A DNA stretch of 57,695 nt, filler included, from Porpidia crustulata (taxonomy: Eukaryota), in the NCBI GenBank assembly GCA_964255105.1. It is 7 parts of 7 records of this genome, joined end to end, with 100 filler letters (N's around TTAATTAATTAA, not from the genome) between each part and the next. Parts side by side here need not be neighbours in the genome. Positions count along the whole stretch, not along the records: positions 33,082 to 41,226 come from CAXUWE010001162.1; positions 41,327 to 49,462 come from CAXUWE010001163.1; 5 more parts are not named here. The stretch is one strand, 5' to 3'. Below, one piece after another: positions 34,092 to 45,900 of the stretch. Below the pieces are notes generated by a model. That model made no database searches and was not told the DNA's origin. It worked only from the letters and a program-made list of their open reading frames with translations. Made by a program: the position numbers and the translations under genes. Each line of letters opens with the position of its first letter. Position 1 is the stretch's first letter.

Positions 34092-37000
34092 ATGCCTCCC
34101 CAGGCGTTTAGGTCAAAAAGGCAGAAACAAGATGACTCTATCATGGCTGTAAGAAATCTGGAATTTCTTCCCATCATCCGCCATCTAACATCTTGTAGAC
34201 GAACAATAGTAGTATTGTGTCAAAGAGGAGTGTGGAACGCCTATATTATCCAGAACCACACTTCTTCCAATATTTTGTCAAGAAACCCCAGCGAAGAAGT
34301 CCGTTGATCAACCGTGGCTACTGGCTGCGCGTGCATGCCATTGACACAGTGGTCCGTAAATTTCTGGATGAGCCATCCGAGAAGAGGAAGATTATCATGA
34401 ATCTCGGATGTGGGTAGTGAGTATGCTGCACCTGATATCCATTGGAATGATCCAATGGCTGACATCGCATAAGTGATCCTCTCGCTTTCCAATGGTTGTC
34501 CAAGAAAACTTCGCGTATTCACAATGTGATGTTTGTTGATGTTGATTATCCAGAATTGATGAAGAAGAAGCGCGACGCCATTATTTCATCGCCACAGCTC
34601 CAGGAAATCCTACAACCTCTGACTGTATCGATCGCTGGTCCGATTCTCCTCCGAAGTACAAATTACACTGCTCTAGGGTGTGATCTGGCAGACACCAAAG
34701 AATTGGGGACGGTCCTAGATGATGTATTTGACACGTCAAAATGCTCAATACTGTGCACAGCAGAAGTGTCAATTACGTATATGGGTGTCGAGGCTGCAGA
34801 TTCGTTAATAGCATGGGCGGCTCATTATGACGACAGTATGTCCAACTTCCCCATTCGAGCTTCGAAAGATGTCTTATTATTGTGCAAGTACGATTCTGTC
34901 TGCTCGAACAATACCTGCCAGACGGGGCAGATCATCCTTTCGCGCAAAAGATGATTCATCACTTCAGCAATCTACAGACGCCACTCCGGTCCATTTATAA
35001 GTATCCGGCATTGGTAAACCAAGAACGTCGATTCTTACAAGCTGGGTGGCATTCAGTGAAGGCGCGAGATCTATGGAATTTGTGGGGTGACTACTCGTTT
35101 CTGAGTTCTGAACAACGGCTTGCTCTGAATGATGTCGAGCTATTCGATGAATGGGAGGAATTCGCCTTATTTGCAGCTCACTATTTTCTTCTTGTAGCCA
35201 TAAAGCGTCCAAATGGGGCAACAGAATCCTCGCAAGAGTATATCTCGAAGCCAACTCCCAACACTGGCCCATGTTTTCCAACCCTTACGGAGCAATTCAT
35301 TGAGCCAACAGTACGGCTCAAACTGAGCGAGGAGCTTCTAGCAAAAGCGCAGGAACAACGTCGATTCGGGGCAGCGTACCAGATATCCCCTGGCGTCTTT
35401 GGCCATTATGGTGGGCTTGGCACACAACGCCGCCTCGACTCTTCGGATGTCTACAAGCTGGGGAGTGCTATGTACGAAGGCAAGCCTTTAGCACTGCTCT
35501 CAGTCGAGGCTCGAATGTGTCACACTGTAACTAACCTCAGAGGAAATGACTCACTCCTTGTGGGTGGTAGAAAATCACCCGAAAACGCTTTGGCGGACTG
35601 TTGGCTTCAGCACGCCGGGGCCTGGACGAGGGTCGGAGATCTCCCAGTACCGCTCTACAGACATTGTGCAGCTTTGATTGAGCTAGATGATGGGGAACAG
35701 GGAGTATTAGTTTTTGGAGGCAAGTCAAATTCGGGGAGAGTATCTGGCGAATGGCTACTTTGGCGTAGCCGCGATGAATGGGAGGTCTTGGAGGTCCGTG
35801 GGATCAAAATACAAGGCCGGTTTGGTGCTGTCATGTGTGCCGTTGGAGCGCAACAAGGCATCCTCCTTGGCGGTATGGTAGAAGATGGCATTATCTGTGA
35901 TGAGTTGGTCGAATGGAAAGTTTTCAATGCTGATACAAAACTATACGTTGAAGTCAAGAATCACAAGCAAGCTAACATATATCCCAGAGGTGTGTCAGGT
36001 GCTATCCACAGAATAGGAGCCTCTCTCGTAATGTCATCAGCTGGGCTCCTGCTCATAGGTGGTTTGTCGAGATACTTCCTACCTCACAAATTTGATATAA
36101 TACGCCTGTTTCCAGATTCGAAGGATCTTAATGTCATGAGCTTGAAAACGTCGACTGTCGAATATCAGTCAGGTGGACCACGTCCTTTGCTCATAGGACA
36201 CAGTGCCTACGCTTATCAAGACTCGGTCGCTCTTGCCGGCGGAGGAGCTGTGTGTTTCTCATTTGGCACCTACTGGAATCTATCTATTTACACCCTTCAA
36301 ACAAGCGATGACAGTCCTGGCGTCGTCTGGAACCTTGACCAAAGCCGGATATCAAATGCCGATACGCAGACATTAAAAGGAAGCGAGTATGGTCCAACGA
36401 ACTCCATTATGCCACGGACTGATACCGCTATGTCGGCTACCCCAAGAATTTCATTGGAAGATCCGCGAGACTTCAAGCGCATAGTAGAGATCTCAAACCC
36501 TGTTGTGATGGAAGATATGGACCTTGGTCCCTGCGTCTCGGAGTGGTCTCTGGAGGCTCTGAAATTCAAGGTTGGGGCTCATAGAGAGGTTGTTGTCCAT
36601 GAAGCTTCTGATCAACACATGAGCTTCCAGAAAAAGAACTTCAAATATGTCAGGAAGCCATTCGGCGATTTTCTTGATCAAATTGCGGCAGGTTCCAAGC
36701 AATACCTCCGATCTCTTTCGTCAGAAAAGCCATCACAGCAGCCAGCTCAGCTCGCTCTTGACTTTCCAGAGCTTGCATCCGACTTCAGCATTCCTCATCC
36801 GCTCGAGATGGTTGCACGTAATGCACACAGCTCGCCACTCAGGATCTCGGGGCCAGTGATCATGTGGCTGCACTACGATGTAAGAGTCCAGCAGTTGTTG
36901 CTCGAGCAAAAGCTAACATGGACTGGGACAGGTTATGGCCAACGTTCTCTGTCAGGTTCGCGGCAGCAAGCGAGTTCTATTATATCCTCCTTCAGATGTC

Positions 37001-37384
37001 CTTCGCCTTAATATTCCTCCGGGTGCGTCAAGTTCTAATATCAATGTCTTCGATCTTGATTCCGCCAAACATCCATCACTTGAGCTAGGCCATCCCCAAG
37101 AAGCCATCTTGCAACCTGGGGACGTTTTGTTCATTCCTCCTCTGTGGCTTCATACCGCCTGTCCCACCGAGGGTACAAGCGTTTCGGTGAATATTTTCTT
37201 CCGCAACCTCAAGACTGGCTATGCAGCTGGGAGAGATGTGTATGGTAACCGAGACCTGCAGCCATACGAGAAGGGTCGCAAGGACATTGAGAAGATTGCG
37301 CGATCATTCCATGGTCTGCCATCCCAGATGAGCAAATTCTACATCGAACGCCTGGCCGACGAGCTGAAGCAACTGTCGCCTTGA
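34092..37384 (+). CDS. PPM2: Leucine carboxyl methyltransferase 2 / tRNA wybutosine-synthesizing protein 4, with Kelch and C-terminal JmjC (cupin) domains
   Basis: Motifs [49 protein letters not shown] and [15 protein letters not shown]; Kelch GG repeats; WLHYD..WLHT iron motif. Introns 34149-34198, 34417-34473, 34836-34888, 36880-36931. Confidence 0.92.
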
Positions 37385-38617
37385 AGAACCACATAGGCGG
37401 TATCACTCGGTACACGGTAGCGAAAGAATTGAGATATGATATCGCTGCAGTGTCAATGGCGGACCGTTGCAGACATTTACCTTGACTGTATACAACCTTA
37501 TTAATGCCTTGCTTTAGCTGAGCTGGAACTACTCGGTACTAAGAAACGATCGCCGATGACCCGCAGGATCTGCTCTTGACGAGACTAAACCGGCTCGATG
37601 CGGCAAGATGCACAACTCTCCTGGATGGATAATCCTGGGAAATAGGAAACAGGAAACGCTCGATGTTCTGGACCTCGCTGTGTATTAAACAGTATCCATC
37701 TCATCCAGACTGATGGCATTGCGAGTTGATCCTGCGGACATTTCCACCGGGAAACGGTGTTATCTACCGGATTATTTCTCAAGTTAAGTTTATGACTACT
37801 GCAAGCAAGGCTGGTAACCCAGCGAACTGAGTGGAAGTATTGATATGAGACTGATCGTTACGCCCACCCTCACGTTGAGAATCATGGATGGTTGAAATCT
37901 CCCCATCCGTTATCGAAGCGGGGTGTCAGGTTTCGCGCTAGTTATACCTTAGCGTCGGGCGGGGGCGCTTTGTCGTGTGGGTAGGGGGATAAGTATGGTG
38001 AATGGCGTGAATGGCAGGCAAGGCAAGGAGGGGTGTGGGACACGCTACGCCTGTACAGTATCCCGTACTGTATTATTGTAACAGACGACAGAGCATGAGG
38101 AATAATAATAACAGTACCTACTTATCATCCAAACCCTCCTTCTACTCTTCCTTTCTCCCAAACCTCCACAGCATTCCTCATGGCCTTGATATTGCTTGAG
38201 CTCACTTGATTCATCCTAATTCTATTTCAATTTCTAACCCGCTGTAAGTTGAAACCTTAATCTAGGTAATGTTCTTCCCCAGACCCTGAATAGTTTTGGC
38301 TGACCAGAACCCGGTCGAACAGGAGCGCAGCGCTGTACACGTTTCCTGAGCCTCTGCCCTCTTTCAGCAGACCAAGCTGGCGTCAGCGATCACGGTCAAT
38401 TGCCTGCTTGTAGCGCTGTCGCAACCCTTTCCGCCAAAGCAAATGTCAGATGTTACCAATTGCCCCACGCGAGTTCGCATTCCAGCAATTGACGTCAGTC
38501 ATTCAAATCTTACAGCATATGCCATAAAAGAATTCCACCAGCAGGTTGCTTGCAAGCTGAGCCAAGGGGATACTCGGAGACAAATCCCATCATATCTTGA
38601 ACAAAGCGCTCCTTACA

Positions 38618-40935
38618 ATGGCTGCAGCGGTTGCTCAACAGCACTATCCGCAACAGTCTCCAACTCCACCACCATCTCACGGCCCTGCCCTGAGCCTTGA
38701 CATCTCCCAGCTTACCGCTACTCCCATTCCTAATAAGCATCTCCCTTATTGCTCCCCAGGTCCTCCACCGAAAACGCAACAAAGAACCCCGCCTGCATCT
38801 CCGCCCACCAAGCATCCTCAAATCCAAATCTCATCACTTCTTCACCCAGCACATACATACCCTAAAGCTATCGAATCTCCTTCCGTCTATTCAATCGAAC
38901 CTCCCATATTAGCTGCTGCTCTTGATCATCTCTCGGCCCAACCATTTCCCGAACCCAAGAAGCTTTTTCCATTTTTACATGGCTTACATCCCAATAACCA
39001 GGTCCAGCAAGCCTTTTTCATTGCTCGACGAAAATCATTACGAGCCATACCGACGTGTTTTCGAGGGATCACCATCGTGAAAGCCGATGGAGATCTTACG
39101 AGATCAAAGCTAAAAGGGGCGTTGGCACCGGATGAGCTGCTAGCTCCGGACAATGGCGAAGAGGCTGTGTTCTTAGACGTGGATCCAAAGGAAGGGTTTT
39201 CAGTCCGAAATTTCCAGATTCAGGCTACTAAGGTGGCTCTGATGTCTGATATTGTAGTCTATGGAGATGAGGATACTCTGGATAGTGAGGTCAATGACGT
39301 TGCCAAAAGAATCGCTAGCGCACAACGTGCGTGGCGTGAGAAGCACTCATCTAGTGGACAGGAATTACCGGGTTTTGAGACTTTCATCGTTTCTGGTAGG
39401 TGGCATGGCAGACTGGAGTGCATAGTCCGTCAGCGCGAATTCTGACTTCAACTTCCAGGCAGGTTCAGCGATTTTGAGAGGAACTATCCAGAGCTTGTAG
39501 CAATTGACTCTAACGAACATTCAACCGGTGCAGTTATGGATTTTGGTAAGCCTCAGAAAGGTCCTCACCTCTTGGAGGAGAACCGAACCTGATGAGTTCT
39601 AGTTCAGTGGGAGCGTCAAGAAATGTGCAACATGTCCAAAGCATCGGAAATCGCGAGAAACGTGTGGTTAGGCCCTAGTCCTGAGTCCTCACTTTGCCGA
39701 TTTGCGGAAACAGGGGAACAAGAGCCTTTGTATGATGTATACATTGAAGCGAGCGATCTTGCGCAGGCTCCAGATTCTCACACGCTCAAGCGGATTGGCG
39801 AATTGAGCCATTTTGCTCCACAGCACCTTGAATTCCCTTCATCGGGTAGTGTCATGCCAGCCAAGCGGCCAAGTTCCGGGACCGATCCCCTCATGGAGAT
39901 GTGTCGGTGGATTCATCGACTGGCGGATCCAGGATTCACGCCAGATGCTAGTGACGATGAGCTGGACTCTGATGGCGACATTCCCATGAAACTACTTTCA
40001 CCGCACCCCCGCAAAGTCTTGATCCATTGTACTGATGGTTACACGGAGAGCACCTTGCTTGGATTAGCCTACTTCATGTACGCCGAACGGATTCCTGTGC
40101 ATGAAGCTTGGTTACGACTCCACTGCGAGAAGCAGCGCAATTTCTTCGCTTACCCATCTGATGTTGCACTGCTCGCTCAAACGCAAAGCAAACTATTGGA
40201 GCTATCGCCAGGTGCTGCAAACGATATATCGGATCCTGCGCAAGAGGAACCAGCCTGGCTTGCGAAGATAGACGGTAGCTTGCCGAGTCGAATTCTTCCA
40301 TACATGTACCTTGGCAATCTAAACCACGCAAATAATCCAGATTTACTGAAAGCCATGGGGATCAGCAAGGTCTTAAGTGTCGGTGAGCCTGTGACATGGA
40401 CAAAGGACCAAATAGACAGCTGGGGATTGAAGAACCTACTATTCATCGACCGGGTACAGGACAACGGTGTGGATCCTTTGATGAAGGAGTTTGAGCGGTG
40501 TCTAGCATTTATTCGTAAGGATCTCTCTAATAGATAGATTTTTTTCTGAACAAAGAAACACTAACACTATTGATCGCAGAAAAAGGCAAAGAATCCAGCA
40601 CAGCAACCCTCGTACACTGCCGCGTCGGCGTCTCCCGCTCCGCCACAATCTGCATCGCAGAAGTCATGTCCTCCCTCGGCCTCTCCTTTCCCCGCGCATA
40701 GTAAGCCCCCCCTCCTTAACCCACAAAAACAACAATCTCAAGCAAACACCGTAGTTGCTTCGTCCGCGCCCGCCGCCTCAATGTCATCATCCAGCCGCAC
40801 CTCCGTTTCGCCTACGAGCTGCTCAAGTGGGATGAGGCCCTGCAGCTGAAGCGCGGCGAGCCGCTCAAACGAGAATTGGAGTGGGCGACGATCGCGCGGG
40901 AGATTTCGGCCATGAACCGGCCGTATTCGCGATGA
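38618..40935 (+). CDS. PPS1: Dual-specificity protein phosphatase PPS1
   Basis: Motifs FPFLHGLH, GFSVRNFQIQ, LIHCTDGYTE, DGSLPSRILPYMYLGNL and catalytic VHCRVGVSRSAT. Introns 39396-39458, 39546-39602, 40515-40579, 40701-40754; TGA 40933-40935. Confidence 0.92.
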
Positions 40936-41226
40936 CGGCTTTGATGAGGCTTGGGATCCCGCTTCGAGGCCTTTTTATTTTTCCTTTTTTTCTCTTCTCG
41001 ATCTTTGCTACATGGGCTTTCTTTCTTTCTTTCCTATATCCCCTTTCCGGAGTAACATTTCACGGCCACGAGATCTTATGGGTTCAAGGAATGATCTTGC
41101 ACGGGGCAAATGGGTAATAATGAATGTATGATATCATGGGGGACTTTTTTTAAATTTATCTACGACGGGTATGAAGGTATGTCTAGGGACTGATTTTATG
41201 ATGGGATGTAGCAAGGTGAAATGGAC

Positions 41227-41326
41227 NNNNNNNNNNNNNNNNNNNNNNNNNNNNNNNNNNNNNNNNNNNNTTAATTAATTAANNNNNNNNNNNNNNNNNN
41301 NNNNNNNNNNNNNNNNNNNNNNNNNN
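41227..41326. other. Artificial contig spacer
   Basis: N44-TTAATTAATTAA-N44. Confidence 0.98.
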
Positions 41327-41743
41327 TTGCGGGGTTGGTTTGGCCGAGACGGCGGCGGTTGCTTTCTTGTCCGTTTCCCCGTTTGTCTTGGGTTTTGCGT
41401 CGATGCTGTCTTCGGCGGCCTTGGCTTTTTTCCTCGCTTCCCTCCTCTTAGCGTTCTTTCCGCTGCCTGGCTTGTTGTCCTCATCTGAATCGATGGAGGC
41501 GGCGCCTGGTATGCTACCGGCAACTCTGGTCTTCCATGCCTCTGCGGTGCGGTTTTTGTAGACTTCGACGTCTTCCGGTGGTTTGTAGCCGGGGCGGATC
41601 TTAATTTCTTTCCGCTTCGTACCGTCTGGACGGATGGAGGAGGGGATGTGCCGTTCGCCGGTCGGGGTGGAGATGATGCCGGATTTTGTGCCTGAGTCGG
41701 AGTTGCTGCCGGATCTGGCGCTGGGGGAGTTTGACGACGGCAT
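41327..41743 (-). CDS. PYM1: Partner of Y14 and Mago (PYM/WIBG, Mago-binding), 3' truncated
   Basis: Mago-binding motif GERHIPSSIRPDGTKRKEIKIRPGYKPPEDVEVY, then basic KNAKRREARKK. Confidence 0.88.
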
Positions 41744-42973
41744 GGCTTATGAAGGAAGGTTATGAGGGTTTTGTTTCAGCAGAGTAGAAGATGTTCAAGG
41801 CCTTAATTTCAAATTGAGCATGTTGTGACACATCTCGACAAACATTGGGCGCTTTGAGGGTGTTTGAAGGATTGTTGTTGCTACTCATGGAAGGTGCCGT
41901 CTGTGGGGCGGGAGTTCACGTTGGGAAGATTCCGTAGCCAATCAACGACCGCGCCAGATTCACACCTAGGATTCAGTCTGAACTCCGAACGTCACACTAC
42001 CCACATTACTGTCTCTACAACTTCAAGCAAACTGTGCTTCAGTCCTGTGCAATCGGTCGAGCAGTAACAATGCCTGGCGTGAGTTGCTATCCGATTCCGA
42101 CTCCGGCCAATGCTAATTGTAATTAAAGATCGCTTCCGGAATCTACAAGCAAGTCGACCGAAACTTGTAAGAGGCGGAAGCTTTGGCTAACTATTGCAAA
42201 GCTCCATATATCGGAAGAACGTCACCTTTCTGGCTGCAGTCTTCATTGGCGCCTTCACGTTTGAGATGTGGGAAACACTTGCCGGCTGAGGGCGACCATT
42301 TGAAAACACCATCTAACGATTCTTGCTGCAGTGCTTTCGACAGCGCCATCACTAAATTTTGGGACTCCAACAATAAGGGCGTAGGTTCAGAAATCTTTAC
42401 TTTGTAACCTGCGCATCATTCGCTGATGGGGAGTTCTAGCGGCAATGGAAGGACATCAAACATAAGTATATTCAGAACGAAGATGAATGAAGATGGGCGT
42501 GGTGGTGTACATAGGACTGGAAGGTAGAAAGTACCCGGAGGATGACAAAATCATGGCTCTAGTTTAGGCCTAAGTACTGCTATCCCTACGATCGCATTGA
42601 GAAGGGAGGGATGGCATCACCAGGCACTTCGAGGTTGTTATAGCAATTTCAATATAGTTCCAAACAGATCCTTCGTGTCCCAGAAATGTAGAAGGCGCTT
42701 AGATCTTTGTATGCCTTGATTCATCCGCCTTCGTAAACTTGACAACCCTAAATTCGAAACCTCGCAACTTCGTCAAGTTCATATTCATGCTACGTGGATC
42801 TCTGATACCCTGCTAACATCTACAAAATTATGCGTGATGGAAAGGTCCAATATCCCTCTACAGGATCTTTTGCACTAAGGAGATCACCTTCCAACGGCTT
42901 CTTATACACTGATTCATAATCGCGATGGTCGCCATATAGCAGCGATGACCAGCCATGAGCTTACCTCGCAATA

Positions 42974-45900
42974 ATGCTTATAACAACCCGTGAGAAGAGG
43001 CTTTGCCAGGTGCTTTGCGGTCTCCCGCGAAAGCATGCCTACCGATATGACACCGAAGCATGTCAGGCATTGCAACAGGCTCTATTCAGATTCCTAGTGG
43101 CGGAAAATCATGACTGGCTTCGGATATTGTTCAAGGGAAAAATCCCCAGGGATAAGGGCGATTGGGTCCTGCGAGATGCACAAGGCATGATAGAGGGTGC
43201 AGAATATACAGAGGCAGCTAGAGGCAAGCCTTGCGGGCATATATTCAAGAGTGGGGAGGCTACGTATCGATGCAAAACGTGCACCCTGGACGATACATGT
43301 GTGCTATGTAGCCAGTGCTTCGACTCGTCGGATCACACAGGGCATATGGTTTATGTTAGTACGTCGCCTGGGAATAGTGGTTGTTGTGATTGTGGAGACG
43401 AAGAAGCATGGAGGATACCTGTCAATTGTGCAATTCACACTCCAGAAGTCTCGACTGCGGCCGGCAAGCAACGAGAGGCACAAAGGCTTCCGGACGAGCT
43501 GATGGAGAGTGTCAGGATGACCATCGGACGGGCTGTTGACTACATGTGTGATGTTATATCTTGTTCACCAGAACAGCTTCGTCTTTCCAAAACAGAGGAG
43601 ACTATAAGGCAAGATGAACGACAGTCCCTTCTAGGTTCTAAATGGTACGAAGAAGAAGACGACGACGATCCCGAATTTGCACTGGTGCTGTGGAACGATG
43701 AGAAGCACACAGTAGATGAGGTACAGAATCAGGTGGCCAGGGCCTGTAAACATGCAACCTCCTTTGGTTTGGAAAAGGCCAATGAAACAAACGATAGGGG
43801 ACGAAGTGTGGTCAGCTACTCTAGCGATATCAGCAAGCTGCTAAAGACAGCCAAAATCATCGAAGCTATCAAAATTACCGTTACTATAAGATCGTCCCGA
43901 GATACATTTCGAGAACAGATGTGTGGAACTATCGTAGAATGGTTACTAGATATATCGGGATGTACTATTGGAGACGACAACACTTTCCTACGGCAATTAG
44001 TATGCGAAGAGATGTTGAAAGTTTGGCGCACTGGTAGCTTGGCAGCAAATTCGACCATTGGCAAGAGTGGTATAGATGATCATGAGATTGACGAGTCTGC
44101 GGAGTTGAGTGAGCATGTCCTCAGTCAAGCAGCACGACGTGATGCATTAGCAGGTCATCTGAGAACTGCCTGGCACGAAAGTGATTCAGATTTGAACGCC
44201 AATGACCCTGACAACGATGATGGGGACGATGAGGCTGACAGCCAAATCAACGACGACGAAATGGAATTAGATCTTGAGATGGTAAGTGTGGACCCAGAAA
44301 GAGATCTAGATATGCGAACGACGGACATGGAAGAAACTGAAGTTTCCGAGGCGACATATGCTGGCTATCCACCTCCACCACCTCCTCCTCCACCACCACT
44401 CCCATCACTCTCACACGTGATGGTTCATGATAACGAACGAGCATTCTCGGACTCTGAAGGCGCTGGCCCGCTTGTTTCGTCCTCTAAGGTAGATATCCAG
44501 GTTCCGAAAACAACATGGCGTCCGCAGAGAAAATCGCCATCTCGTCCGCCAGCATACTGGCTTGAACAACCGCAGGGAGCTATGGCCAAGGAGTTGGTTC
44601 CGTTACATGAGGATCTTCGCCAAAGGGTCAGACTGGATTGGATGATCTTATTTGATCTCCGGCTCTGGAAGAAAGCTCGCATTGATCTGCGAGATCTTTA
44701 CATTAGCACAGTCGTCACGGTCCCTGCGTTCAAGCGCGTTTTAGGCCTACGTTTTGCCGGGCTGTATACCGTATTAGCCCAGCTATATCTTATAGCAGAC
44801 CGGGAGCCAGATCATTCAATAATAAATCTGTCTTTGCAAATGCTCACCACGCCATCGATAACGCAAGAAATTGTGGAGCGTGGAAATTTCCTTACTAGCT
44901 TGATGGCTATTCTCTATACTTTCCTGACGAGTCGCCAGGTGGGTCATCCATGGGAGATCTCTATCAACGCCACGCTGGACTTCGACACGGGGTCTGTAAC
45001 GAATCGCCGAATGTACCACTTTTTCATGGACTTGAAATATCTTTTTGGCTCTGAATACGTCCAAGATAAGCTTCGCACTGAGGAGAGATACGTCCTGCAG
45101 TTCCTCGATTTGATACGGCTACCTCAAGGCATATGTCCTAATGTTAGAGCTGTTGGCGATCACGTTGAGTACGAAACCGATGCTTGGATTGGTGCGTCGC
45201 TTTTGACAAGAGAGATCAACAAACTATGCAGGCAATTTGCAGACGCATTCAAGTTACGCGAAGGAGATGACGGTCATAGTCTAGCGCATGCGATACGTAC
45301 AGTTGCAAAAGCGGCTATGGTCAATGCCACAGGAGCCGAACGTGTCCGGTTTGATCAGGCCGAAATCAAAAAAGAAACCCGCTTCAAGAGGTTGCTAGCT
45401 TTTGAGTTCGATGCAGACGAGAATTGCCATGCGCCACAATACTCTGTAGTGGAGTTTGTGGTAGAGAAAGAGCCCATTAGTTTTCACCACGCACTCCATT
45501 ATACGCTCTCATGGTTGATTGATTGTGGGAAGAGCATGTCTCGGGATCAGCTAAGACATCTTCTTCATTTCACGGCGAAAGATTTGAAAGAACCGCCTCC
45601 GTATCGAGCTATGATTCCTGAATTCGATCCGGAAAGCTACCTTATGGCTCTTTTCGATTCCCCTTTGCGTGTCTGTGCCTGGTTGGCTCAAATGAAAGCA
45701 GGAATGTGGGTACGCAATGGGTTGAGCCTCCGACATCAAATGGGTACCTACCGAGGTGTTTTACATCGAGATTTAGCACATCATCGCGATATCTTCTTAC
45801 TGCAAACTGCTCTGGTGATATGCGACCCCAGCAGAGTACTGGCCTCGATTATTGACCGATTTGGAATGGACGACTGGATGAGAGGCAACTATGTCATTCG

